DNA of 25,141 nucleotides from a virus (Duplodnaviria; Heunggongvirae; Uroviricota; Caudoviricetes): IMG/VR virus record IMGVR_UViG_2541047778_000011; one strand, 5' to 3'. Shown piece by piece: positions 8,491 to 17,012 of this stretch (position 1 is its first letter; each line of letters starts with the position of its first letter). The notes under the pieces were generated by a model. It saw only the letters and a program-made list of their open reading frames with translations, ran no database searches and was not told where the DNA came from. The position numbers and the translations under genes were made by a program.

Positions 8491-8817
8491 ATGAAAAGAC
8501 GCCTTTTACTACTTTTTCTGTTATCTGTCCTGGCAGTGGGATGCTCGCAGCAAAAAGCTGATGAGCCCCGGCAATTAGTGACGGTGTATCCACGATATCC
8601 GGAATATGCTGCAGCAAATTATATCAAGGGGCTGGTTGAGGTTAAGTTCGATATTGGTGCTGATGGGACTGTGACACGGATCGTTTTTCTCCGCTCAGAG
8701 CCTCATAATTTGTTTCGTGATGAAGTGGTGAAGGCCATGGCGAAATGGCGATTTGAAAAGAATCGCCCCTGTCAGGGAGTGAAGAGACAATTTATCTTTA
8801 CGCCGTCACGTCCTTGA
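8491..8817 (+). CDS. Small lipoprotein with a TonB C-terminal-like domain (putative envelope protein)
   Basis: 108-aa product MKRRLLLLFLLSVLAVGC-SQQ... with lipobox LAVGC, then a YPxxAxxxxxxGxVxVxFxIxxDGxV...WRF pattern (YPRYPEYAAANYIKGLVEVKFDIGADGTVTRIVFL...AMAKWRF) characteristic of TonB_C folds. AGGAA ribosome-binding site 6 nt upstream. Confidence 0.7.
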   Translation: MKRRLLLLFLLSVLAVGCSQQKADEPRQLVTVYPRYPEYAAANYIKGLVEVKFDIGADGTVTRIVFLRSEPHNLFRDEVVKAMAKWRFEKNRPCQGVKRQFIFTPSRP

Positions 8818-8909
8818 TGCTTCCAGGTAGAGAGGGGCTGGAAGCAGGAGAAAAATGAAAGAGCCAGCGGTTATATTTTTGTCATGGCTGACGAGGAATG
8901 ATGGAAGAA

Positions 8910-8956
8910 GGCGTTGTATGCCACACAACGCCTCACTGTTCATTTCTTCTTTTTCT
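8910..8956 (+). terminator. Putative rho-independent terminator downstream of the lipoprotein gene
   Basis: Hairpin GGCGTTGT-ATGCCAC-ACAACGCC (8910..8932) followed by a T-rich tract TCACTGTTCATTTCTTCTTTTTCT. Confidence 0.5.
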
Positions 8957-9119
8957 CTGGTGGAACCCGATGAATAAGAGTTGCACTGGTTTCCGATGAG
9001 ATGGCGATATACTCGGGCAAAGTATGCTGGCAGTTTTCCAACTGGTCAAAAATACCTGCTCTCGTCTGTTGCAATGCCTGCAGCATGCGGCGGCAATGCG
9101 CCTTGCTTTTACTAACCAT
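8940..9119 (-). CDS. Hypothetical small protein (59 aa)
   Basis: ATG at 9119 preceded by GAGGAAGGAAAG. Product MVSKSKAHCRRMLQALQQTRAGIFDQLENCQHTLPEYIAISSETSATLIHRVPPEKKKK. The 3' end overlaps the opposite-strand terminator T-tract, so its reality is uncertain. Confidence 0.3.
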   Translation of the reverse strand: MVSKSKAHCRRMLQALQQTRAGIFDQLENCQHTLPEYIAISSETSATLIHRVPPEKKKK

Positions 9120-9180
9120 CTTTCCTTCCTCTATCAGTCGCTGCGTGAACTCATCATGGAATACCAGGTAAATGCGGATG

Positions 9181-9432
9181 TTATCGGTTTTGGCTACGCA
9201 GCATAGTACAAAACGGACAGGTGCATCCCGGGACGGGGGAGGCGTCACATGTCCCTGTGATGGTTGTTCCGGGTAATGTACTGTGTGGGGCATAAAAATG
9301 TCCGATAATTTTACTTTCTACCGCAGTTAGTTGATTCGTTGGTCCTGGTAGCACATTGGGCGAGGATTTAAATGCCAGGCAACTGAAGGATGATGTCGCA
9401 AGGGAGATAGCGAGAATATTTCTGATTTTCAT
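9181..9432 (-). CDS. Hypothetical small secreted protein (83 aa) with a predicted signal peptide and a Cys-rich C-terminus
   Basis: Product MKIRNILAISLATSSFSCLA-FKSSPNVLPGPTNQLTAVESK...GTCDASPVPGCTCPFCTMLRSQNR. AGAGG about 9 nt upstream of the ATG at 9432. No recognisable family. Confidence 0.45.
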   Translation of the reverse strand: MKIRNILAISLATSSFSCLAFKSSPNVLPGPTNQLTAVESKIIGHFYAPHSTLPGTTITGTCDASPVPGCTCPFCTMLRSQNR

Positions 9433-9580
9433 TTGATGATGCCTCTGTGTGAAATGACGGTAAACGACGCACTTGTGCCGGCACATAATAGCAAGCACCA
9501 TAATAGATCAGATTCGATTCTTGCTGTAAGTGATAATTATTCTCGTTTTCGGGTCCTTTCCGTCGATCCAACAGGTTACG

Positions 9581-9592
9581 GGGCGGCGACCT
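9581..9592. other. cos: cosN: 12-nt cohesive-end sequence GGGCGGCGACCT (lambda-type cos nicking site)
   Basis: ...GGGTCCTTTCCGTCGATCCAACAGGTTACG | GGGCGGCGACCTCGCGGTTTTTCACTATTTATGAAAATTTTT matches the lambda right-end / left-end junction as recalled. It lies 188 bp upstream of nu1. Confidence 0.85.
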
Positions 9593-9768
9593 CGCGGTTT
9601 TTCACTATTTATGAAAATTTTTCAGGGAAAATCGTGTCGGTACTTCTCGAATATAACTTTTTGTTTTTTTTAATATTGCATCCGTAAAGGTCCGACATGA
9701 AAGTGTCCGAAAATGCCTTTTTCTGGCGTTTTCATGTCGGGCCTTGTATTTGATAATGGGTTGTTTTC
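9593..9768 (+). promoter_or_regulatory. cosB-like terminase small-subunit binding region (R-type repeats with an AT-rich probable IHF bend site)
   Basis: Repeats with core (C/T)GTGTCGG / CATGTCGG at 9632..9640 and 9730..9745, and an inverted copy at 9687..9702 (AAGGTCCGACATGAAA vs TTTCATGTCGGGCCTT, 15 of 16 complementary). AT-rich block between them at 9655..9680. Confidence 0.6.
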
Positions 9769-10317
9769 ATGAAGGTTAATAAAAAGAGGCTTGCCGAAAT
9801 TTTCAACGTGGACCCGCGGACGATTGAACGCTGGCAGTCTCAGGGACTCCCTTGCGCCTCCAAAGGTAGTAAGGGCATTGAATCTGTATTTGATACTGCC
9901 ATGGCAATTCAGTGGTATGCGCAGAGGGAAACTGATATCGAAAACGAAAAGCTCCGCAAAGAACTGGACGATTTGCGTGCGGCAGCGGAGTCAGATTTAC
10001 AACCCGGCACCATTGACTATGAACGCTACCGGCTCACAAAAGCGCAGGCAGATGCGCAGGAACTGAAAAATGCCCGTGAAGACGGAGTAGTGCTGGAAAC
10101 TGAACTGTTTACCTTCATTCTGCAACGTGTGGCACAGGAGATTTCGGGGATACTTGTGCGTGTGCCGTTGACATTACAGCGTAAATATCCGGACATTTCA
10201 CCATCACACCTTGATGTGGTGAAAACTGAAATCGCGAAAGCCTCCAATGTTGCAGCTAAGGCCGGTGAAAACGTGGGCGGGTGGATCGATGATTTCAGAC
10301 GCGCAGAAGGCAGCTAA
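9769..10317 (+). CDS. nu1: Terminase small subunit (Nu1-like)
   Basis: 182-aa product [28 protein letters not shown]... aligns by eye to lambda Nu1 (ENEKLRKE..., [26 protein letters not shown]) with a divergent N-terminal DNA-binding region. Confidence 0.9.
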
Positions 10318-12217
10318 TGCAGCCGGTGCGATAGCTACAGGGCTTTTATCTCTCATTATTCCTGTTCCACTGACGACAGTTCAGTGGGCCAATAAACATT
10401 ATTACCTTCCTAAAGAGTCGTCTTATACCCCGGGGCGATGGGAAACACTGCCGTTTCAGGTTGGCATCATGAACTGTATGGGCAACGATCTGATTCGCAC
10501 GGTTAACCTGATTAAATCTGCCCGTGTTGGTTATACAAAGATGTTGCTGGGAGTGGAGGCTTATTTTATTGAGCATAAATCACGCAACAGCCTTCTTTTT
10601 CAGCCCACGGACTCAGCTGCTGAAGATTTTATGAAATCTCATGTTGAGCCAACGATAAGGGATGTTCCTGCATTGCTGGAGCTGGCTCCATGGTTCGGAA
10701 GAAAACACCGCGATAATACGCTCACCCTGAAGCGTTTTTCCTCCGGTGTGGGGTTCTGGTGTCTGGGTGGTGCGGCAGCAAAAAACTACCGTGAAAAATC
10801 CGTGGATGTGGTCTGTTATGACGAGCTTTCCTCGTTCGAACCGGATGTTGAAAAAGAGGGTTCGCCAACCCTGCTGGGGGATAAACGTATTGAGGGCTCT
10901 GTATGGCCAAAATCCATTCGCGGCTCGACGCCTAAAATCAAAGGCTCCTGCCAGATCGAAAAAGCCGCTAACGAGTCGGCACACTTCATGCGTTTTTATG
11001 TGCCCTGTCCGCACTGTGGGGAGGAGCAGTATCTGAAATTTGGCGATGATGCCTCGCCTTTCGGTCTTAAGTGGGAGAAGAATAAGCCAGAAAGTGTTTT
11101 CTACCTTTGTGAGCATCATGGCTGTGTGATCCATCAGTCTGAGCTTGACCAGAGTAACGGGCGGTGGATCTGTGAAAACACGGGCATGTGGACCCGTGAC
11201 GGCCTGATGTTTTTCAGCGCCCGGGGTGATGAAATTCCGCCGCCGCGCTCCATCACTTTCCATATCTGGACGGCGTACAGTCCGTTCACCACCTGGGTAC
11301 AGATTGTCTATGACTGGCTGGATGCACTGAAAGATCCCAACGGCCTGAAAACCTTTGTGAACACCACGCTGGGCGAGACCTGGGAAGAGGCCGTGGGCGA
11401 AAAACTCGATCACCAGGTGCTGATGGATAAGGTTGTGCGTTACACGGCTGCGGTGCCTTCCCGGGTGGTTTATCTGACGGCGGGCATTGACTCGCAGCGA
11501 AACCGTTTTGAGATGTATGTCTGGGGATGGGCTCCGGGAGAGGAAGCCTTTCTGGTGGATAAAATCATCATTATGGGGCGTCCCGATGAGGAAGAGACGC
11601 TGTTACGTGTGGATGTGGCGATCAACAAAAAATACCGCCATGCAGACGGAACCGAAATGACCATTTCCCGTGTCTGCTGGGACATCGGGGGGATCGATGG
11701 CGAAATCGTTTATCAGAGGTCAAAAAAACACGGTGTTTTCCGGGTGCTGCCGGTAAAAGGCGCATCTGTCTATGGCAAGCCGGTGATCACCATGCCAAAA
11801 ACCCGCAATCAGCGGGGCGTGTATCTGTGTGAAGTGGGGACGGACACCGCAAAAGAAATTCTCTATGCCCGTATGAAAGCCGATCCCACGCCTGCGGATG
11901 AAGCCACGTCGTATGCCATCCGTTTTCCTGATGATCCGGAGATTTTTTCGCAGACAGAGGCGCAGCAACTGGTCGCGGAAGAGCTTGTGGAGAAGTGGGA
12001 AAAAGGAAAGATGCGTCTGCTGTGGGATAACAAAAAGCGGCGTAACGAAGCGCTGGACTGCCTGGTGTATGCCTACGCGGCATTACGTGTGTCCGTGCAA
12101 CGCTGGCAGCTTGATCTGGCTGTACTGGCAAAATCCCGGGAAGAAGAGACGACCCGGCCAACCCTTAAAGAACTGGCAGCGAAGCTGTCCGGAGGAGTGA
12201 ATGGTTACAGTCGCTGA
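10289..12217 (+). CDS. A: Terminase large subunit (gpA-like)
   Basis: Strong similarity to lambda gpA ([24 protein letters not shown]..., [36 protein letters not shown]). I chose the ATG at 10289, which gives 642 aa and a 29-nt overlap with nu1 as in lambda. The ORF-track start at 10247 is the alternative. Confidence 0.88.
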
Positions 12218-12407
12218 ACTGCAGGCGCTGCGTCAGGCGCGCCTTGATTTATTAACCGGTAAACGGGTGGTGTCTGTCCAGAAAGATGGTCGCAGAATTG
12301 AATATACGGCAGCTTCTCTGGATGAGCTTAACCGGGCGATCAATGATGCGGAGTCGGTACTGGGGACAACCCGCCGTCGCCGTCGTCCGCTGGGAGTGAG
12401 GTTATGA
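12201..12407 (+). CDS. W: Head-tail joining protein gpW
   Basis: 68-aa product with LLTGKRVVSVQKDGRRIEYTAASLDEL, similar to lambda gpW. GGAGGAG ribosome-binding site; start overlaps the 3' end of A. Confidence 0.88.
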   Translation: MVTVAELQALRQARLDLLTGKRVVSVQKDGRRIEYTAASLDELNRAINDAESVLGTTRRRRRPLGVRL

Positions 12408-13996
12408 AACGAACGCCTGTCCTGATTGATGTGAACGGCGTTCCGCTTCGTGAGAGTCTCAGCTACAACGGGGGCGGTGCAGGATTTGGCGGGCAAATGG
12501 CTGAGTGGTTGCCACCGGCGCAGAGTGCCGATGCGGCCCTGCTGCCCGCGTTGCGTCTGGGGAATGCCCGGGCAGATGATCTGGTGCGCAATAACGGAAT
12601 AGCGGCTAATGCGGTGGCTCTGCATAAGGATCACATTGTCGGGCATATGTTTCTGATCAGCTACCGTCCGAACTGGCGCTGGCTGGGGATGCGGGAGACC
12701 GCAGCAAAAAGCTTTGTCGATGAGGTGGAGGCGGCCTGGTCGGAATACGCCGAAGGGATGTTTGGCGAGATCGACGTGGAAGGAAAACGCACGTTCACGG
12801 AATTTATCCGTGAAGGTGTGGGCGTTCATGCGTTTAACGGCGAAATCTTTGTGCAGCCGGTCTGGGATACGGAAACCACGCAGTTATTCCGTACGCGTTT
12901 TAAAGCCGTGAGTCCGAAACGGGTGGACACGCCAGGACACGGTATGGGGAACCGTTTTCTGCGGGCCGGTGTGGAGGTCGATCGATATGGCCGTGCCGTC
13001 GCGTACCATATCTGTGAGGATGATTTTCCGTTCTCTGGTAGTGGACGATGGGAACGGATCCCGCGTGAACTTCCCACCGGGCGTCCGGCCATGCTGCATA
13101 TTTTCGAGCCGGTGGAGGACGGGCAGACCCGTGGGGCCAATCAGTTTTACAGCGTCATGGAACGGCTGAAGATGCTCGATTCCCTGCAGGCAACACAGCT
13201 TCAGTCGGCCATAGTGAAGGCGATGTATGCAGCGACGATTGAAAGTGAACTTGATACCGAAAAGGCCTTTGAATATATCGCCGGCGCGCCACAGGAGCAG
13301 AAGGATAATCCGCTTATTAATATTCTGGAGAAGTTCTCCAGCTGGTATGACACGAATAACGTGACACTGGGCGGTGTCAAAATTCCGCACCTTTTCCCTG
13401 GTGATGATCTGAAACTACAGACTGCGCAGGATTCAGACAATGGATTTTCTGCGCTTGAACAGGCGCTGCTGCGGTATATCGCCGCCGGTCTTGGCGTTTC
13501 CTACGAACAGTTGTCCCGTGATTACTCGAAGGTCAGTTACTCAAGTGCCCGCGCCTCCGCCAATGAGTCGTGGCGCTATTTTATGGGGCGGCGAAAATTT
13601 ATTGCGTCCCGGCTGGCCACGCAGATGTTTTCCTGCTGGCTGGAAGAGGCACTTCTTCGGGGGATTATTCGTCCGCCACGGGCACGTTTTGATTTTTATC
13701 AGGCGCGATCAGCCTGGTCACGGGCAGAGTGGATTGGTGCCGGAAGAATGGCCATTGACGGGCTCAAGGAAGTCCAGGAATCAGTGATGCGCATTGAGGC
13801 CGGACTGAGCACGTATGAGAAAGAGCTGGCGCTGATGGGCGAGGATTATCAGGACATTTTCCGCCAGCAGGTCAGGGAATCTGCTGAGCGGCAAAAAGCC
13901 GGACTCTCACGTCCGGTGTGGATAGAGCAGGCGTATCAGCAGCAGATAGCGGAGAGTCGTAGGCCGGAAGAGGAGACAACACCACGTGAGACGTAA
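12404..13996 (+). CDS. B: Portal protein gpB
   Basis: 530-aa product with long conserved blocks shared with lambda gpB (ANQFYSVMERLKMLDSLQATQLQSAIVKAMYAATIESELDT; AIDGLKEVQESVMRIEAGLSTYEKE). ATGA overlap with W. Confidence 0.92.
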   Translation: MKRTPVLIDVNGVPLRESLSYNGGGAGFGGQMAEWLPPAQSADAALLPALRLGNARADDLVRNNGIAANAVALHKDHIVGHMFLISYRPNWRWLGMRETAAKSFVDEVEAAWSEYAEGMFGEIDVEGKRTFTEFIREGVGVHAFNGEIFVQPVWDTETTQLFRTRFKAVSPKRVDTPGHGMGNRFLRAGVEVDRYGRAVAYHICEDDFPFSGSGRWERIPRELPTGRPAMLHIFEPVEDGQTRGANQFYSVMERLKMLDSLQATQLQSAIVKAMYAATIESELDTEKAFEYIAGAPQEQKDNPLINILEKFSSWYDTNNVTLGGVKIPHLFPGDDLKLQTAQDSDNGFSALEQALLRYIAAGLGVSYEQLSRDYSKVSYSSARASANESWRYFMGRRKFIASRLATQMFSCWLEEALLRGIIRPPRARFDFYQARSAWSRAEWIGAGRMAIDGLKEVQESVMRIEAGLSTYEKELALMGEDYQDIFRQQVRESAERQKAGLSRPVWIEQAYQQQIAESRRPEEETTPRET

Positions 13997-15491
13997 TCTT
14001 TCACACATTATTGCCGCAGCATTCAATGAACCGCTGCTTCTGGAGCCCGCCTATGCGCGGGTTTTCTTTTGCGCGCTCGGGCGCGAGATGGGGGCAGCAA
14101 GTCTTTCGGTACCACAACAGCAGGTACAGTTTGATGCTCCCGGAATGCTGGCTGAAACGGACGAGTACATGGCCGGAGGTAAACGACCGGCCCGTGTTTA
14201 CCGGGTGGTGAACGGTATTGCTGTACTGCCGGTGACCGGCACGCTGGTGCACCGGCTGGGTGGTATGCGGCCATTTTCCGGAATGACAGGCTATGACGGC
14301 ATTGTCGCCTGTCTTCAGCAGGCAATGGCGGATAGCCAGGTGCGGGGCGTACTGCTGGACATTGACAGTCCGGGCGGGCAGGCCGCCGGCGCGTTTGACT
14401 GCGCTGACATGATTTACCGCCTCCGTCAGCAGAAGCCGGTCTGGGCACTGTGCAATGACACGGCCTGTTCTGCAGCCATGCTGCTGGCGTCGGCCTGCTC
14501 CCGACGGCTGGTTACCCAGACATCCCGTATCGGCTCCATTGGCGTGATGATGAGCCATGTCAGCTATGCCGGTCATCTGGCGCAGGCCGGTGTGGATATC
14601 ACGCTGATTTACTCAGGGGCGCACAAGGTGGATGGCAATCAGTTTGAAGCGTTGCCGGCAGAGGTTCGCCAGGACATGCAGCAGCGGATTGATGCGGCGC
14701 GCCGGATGTTTGCCGAAAAAGTGGCGATGTTTACCGGTCTGTCTGTTGATGCAGTCACGGGAACAGAGGCCGCTGTTTTTGAAGGTCAGTCCGGCATTGA
14801 GGCCGGGCTGGCGGATGAATTAATCAATGCGTCGGATGCCATCAGTGTGATGGCCACGGCGCTGAACAGTAATGTCAGAGGAGGCACTATGCCGCAATTA
14901 ACTGCAACGGAAGCCGCCGCGCAGGAGAACCAGCGAGTGATGGGGATCCTGACATGCCAGGAAGCGAAAGGACGTGAACAGCTTGCCACGATGCTGGCAG
15001 GGCAACAGGGCATGAGCGTTGAACAGGCCCGGGCGATTCTGGCCGCGGCGGCACCGCAGCAGCCGGTGGCATCCACGCAGAGTGAAGCCGATCGCATTAT
15101 GGTGTGTGAAGAAGCGAACGGTCGTGAACAACTGGCGGCAACGCTGGCGGCGATGCCGGAGATGACGGTGGAAAAAGCCCGCCCGATCCTGGCTGCTTCA
15201 CCGCAGGCGGATGCCGGACCATCACTCCGTGATCAGATCATGGCACTGGATGAGGCAAAAGGGGCTGAGGCGCAGGCTGAACAGCTGGCTGCCTGCCCGG
15301 GAATGACTGTGGAGAGCGCCCGGGCTGTGCTGGCTGCGGGATCAGGTAAGGCAGAACCGGTCTCTGCATCCACAACCGCCATGTTTGAACATTTCATGGC
15401 GAACCATTCACCGGCAGCGGTACAGGGTGGCGTGGCACAGACGTCAGCAGACGGTGATGCGGACGTGAAAATGCTCATGGCCATGCCATGA
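13986..15491 (+). CDS. C: Head maturation protease / scaffold gpC (S49 ClpP-like family)
   Basis: N-terminus AFNEPLLLEPAYARVFFCA... and core ...YDGIVACLQQA...VRGVLLDIDSPGGQAAGAFDCADMIY...SIGVMMSHVSYAG...ITLIYSGAHKVDGN match lambda gpC. Likely GTG start at 13986, overlapping the B stop. Confidence 0.88.
   Translation: MRRNLSHIIAAAFNEPLLLEPAYARVFFCALGREMGAASLSVPQQQVQFDAPGMLAETDEYMAGGKRPARVYRVVNGIAVLPVTGTLVHRLGGMRPFSGMTGYDGIVACLQQAMADSQVRGVLLDIDSPGGQAAGAFDCADMIYRLRQQKPVWALCNDTACSAAMLLASACSRRLVTQTSRIGSIGVMMSHVSYAGHLAQAGVDITLIYSGAHKVDGNQFEALPAEVRQDMQQRIDAARRMFAEKVAMFTGLSVDAVTGTEAAVFEGQSGIEAGLADELINASDAISVMATALNSNVRGGTMPQLTATEAAAQENQRVMGILTCQEAKGREQLATMLAGQQGMSVEQARAILAAAAPQQPVASTQSEADRIMVCEEANGREQLAATLAAMPEMTVEKARPILAASPQADAGPSLRDQIMALDEAKGAEAQAEQLAACPGMTVESARAVLAAGSGKAEPVSASTTAMFEHFMANHSPAAVQGGVAQTSADGDADVKMLMAMP
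14889..15491 (+). CDS. Nu3: Nu3-like scaffolding protein: in-frame internal start within C
   Basis: ATG at 14889 is in the C frame and preceded by GAGGAGG (14878..14884). This parallels lambda Nu3 nested in the 3' part of C. Product about 200 aa. Confidence 0.55.
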   Translation: MPQLTATEAAAQENQRVMGILTCQEAKGREQLATMLAGQQGMSVEQARAILAAAAPQQPVASTQSEADRIMVCEEANGREQLAATLAAMPEMTVEKARPILAASPQADAGPSLRDQIMALDEAKGAEAQAEQLAACPGMTVESARAVLAAGSGKAEPVSASTTAMFEHFMANHSPAAVQGGVAQTSADGDADVKMLMAMP

Positions 15492-15527
15492 AGTCAGTGC
15501 TGACCATCAATAGGAGGTTTTTACAAT

Positions 15528-15875
15528 ATGGTGACGAAAACCATCACTGAACAGCGTGCGGAAGTACGTATTTTTGCCGGTAATGATCCGGCTCATACCG
15601 CCACAGGCAGCAGCGGGATTTCCTCTCCAACACCGGCACTGACGCCCCTGATGCTGGATGAAGCCACCGGGAAACTGGTGGTCTGGGACGGACAGAAAGC
15701 CGGTAGTGCGGTTGGCATACTGGTACTGCCGCTTGAAGGCACAGAGACGGCGCTGACGTATTACAAGTCGGGAACCTTTGCGACGGAGGCAATCCACTGG
15801 CCTGAAAGTGTGGATGAACACAAAAAGGCCAACGCCTTTGCTGGCAGTGCCCTGAGTCACGCGGCGCTGCCGTAA
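15528..15875 (+). CDS. D: Head decoration protein gpD
   Basis: 115-aa product with NDPAHTATGSSG...TPLMLDEATGKLVVWDG...VGILVLP...YYKSGTF, similar to lambda gpD. AGGAGG upstream. Confidence 0.9.
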   Translation: MVTKTITEQRAEVRIFAGNDPAHTATGSSGISSPTPALTPLMLDEATGKLVVWDGQKAGSAVGILVLPLEGTETALTYYKSGTFATEAIHWPESVDEHKKANAFAGSALSHAALP

Positions 15876-15932
15876 CACGTTATCAGGCCACCGCGGTGGC
15901 CTGACTGATTTCTGAATGAAAGGAACTGATTT

Positions 15933-16961
15933 ATGGGATTGTTTACGACCCGCCAGTTACTCGGTTATACCGAACAAAAAGTTAAATTTCGTGCGCTGTT
16001 TCTGGAGCTGTTTTTCCGCCGTACGGTGAATTTCCATACCGAAGAGGTGATGCTGGACAAAATTACCGGAAAAACGCCGGTGGCGGCCTATGTCTCCCCG
16101 GTTGTTGAAGGAAAAGTGCTGCGTCATCGTGGTGGTGAAACCCGCGTGTTGCGTCCGGGCTACGTCAAGCCGAAACACGAATTTAATTACCAGCAGGCGG
16201 TTGAGCGCCTTCCTGGTGAAGATCCATCTCAACTGAATGATCCGGCTTACCGCCGTCTGCGTATCATTACCGATAACCTCAAACAGGAAGAGCACGCGAT
16301 TGTCCAGGTGGAAGAAATGCAGGCGGTAAATGCTGTGTTGTATGGCAAATACACCATGGAAGGAGACCAGTTCGAGAAAATTGAGGTCGATTTTGGCAGG
16401 TCGACGAAGAATAACATCACTCAGGGTAGTGGTAAGGAGTGGTCAAAACAGGATCGTGACACGTTCGATCCTACACATGATATTGACCTCTACTGCGACC
16501 TGGCCAGCGGTCTTGTGAATATTGCCATTATGGACGGTACCGTCTGGCGTCTTCTGAATGGTTTTAAGCTGTTCCGCGAAAAACTGGATACCCGTCGCGG
16601 TTCAAATTCTCAACTCGAAACGGCAGTGAAAGATCTGGGCGCAGTGGTGTCCTTCAAGGGGTATTACGGCGATCTGGCCATTGTGGTGGCGAAAACGTCT
16701 TATATAGCAGAAGACGGTATCGAAAAACGTTATCTTCCAGATGGCATGCTGGTTCTGGGGAATACTGCTGCAGATGGGATCCGTTGTTACGGTGCCATTC
16801 AGGATGCTCAGGCGTTGTCCGAAGGTGTGGTGGCCTCTTCCCGTTATCCGAAACACTGGCTGACGGTAGGGGATCCCGCCCGTGAATTTACCATGACGCA
16901 GTCCGCGCCGCTGATGGTGTTGCCGGACCCGGATGAGTTTGTGGTGGTACAGGTGAAATAA
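15933..16961 (+). CDS. E: Major capsid protein gpE
   Basis: 342-aa product with high similarity to lambda gpE throughout (PGYVKPKHE, VEEMQAVNAVLYGKYTMEG, KLDTRRGSNSQLETAVKDLG, GDPAREFTMTQSAPLMVLPDPDEFV). Confidence 0.93.
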   Translation: MGLFTTRQLLGYTEQKVKFRALFLELFFRRTVNFHTEEVMLDKITGKTPVAAYVSPVVEGKVLRHRGGETRVLRPGYVKPKHEFNYQQAVERLPGEDPSQLNDPAYRRLRIITDNLKQEEHAIVQVEEMQAVNAVLYGKYTMEGDQFEKIEVDFGRSTKNNITQGSGKEWSKQDRDTFDPTHDIDLYCDLASGLVNIAIMDGTVWRLLNGFKLFREKLDTRRGSNSQLETAVKDLGAVVSFKGYYGDLAIVVAKTSYIAEDGIEKRYLPDGMLVLGNTAADGIRCYGAIQDAQALSEGVVASSRYPKHWLTVGDPAREFTMTQSAPLMVLPDPDEFVVVQVK

Positions 16962-16969
16962 TCCGTGAG

Positions 16970-16998
16970 CGGGGGCGAAATGCCCCCGTGTCTTTTTT
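16970..16998 (+). terminator. Rho-independent terminator-like hairpin immediately after the major capsid gene
   Basis: Perfect 7-bp stem CGGGGGC-GAAAT-GCCCCCG (16970..16988) followed by TGTCTTTTTT. Lies between the E stop (16961) and the FI start (17013). Confidence 0.5.
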
Positions 16999-17012
16999 CA
17001 CAGGGGGCTGAT

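Noticed and set aside
8855-8977. 40-aa ORF with an AGGAG site 4 nt upstream, just downstream of the lipoprotein gene
   Set aside because: The reading frame runs straight through the terminator hairpin and T-tract (8910..8956). The Shine-Dalgarno-like sequence is probably fortuitous. Kept only as a very weak possibility.
9433-9687. 84-aa plus-strand ORF upstream of nu1
   Set aside because: It spans cosN and the cosB repeats, which must be non-coding DNA for terminase recognition. No ribosome-binding site.
10613-11413. 266-aa minus-strand ORF inside the terminase large subunit gene
   Set aside because: Antisense shadow ORF within a well-supported GC-rich gene. No start context or recognisable domain.
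12233-12829. 198-aa minus-strand ORF overlapping W and the portal gene
   Set aside because: Antisense to two strongly supported lambda-like genes. Arg/Pro-rich low-complexity translation typical of a shadow frame.
14001-14576. 191-aa and 141-aa minus-strand ORFs inside gpC
   Set aside because: Antisense to the conserved protease domain. No ribosome-binding site and a compositionally biased product.
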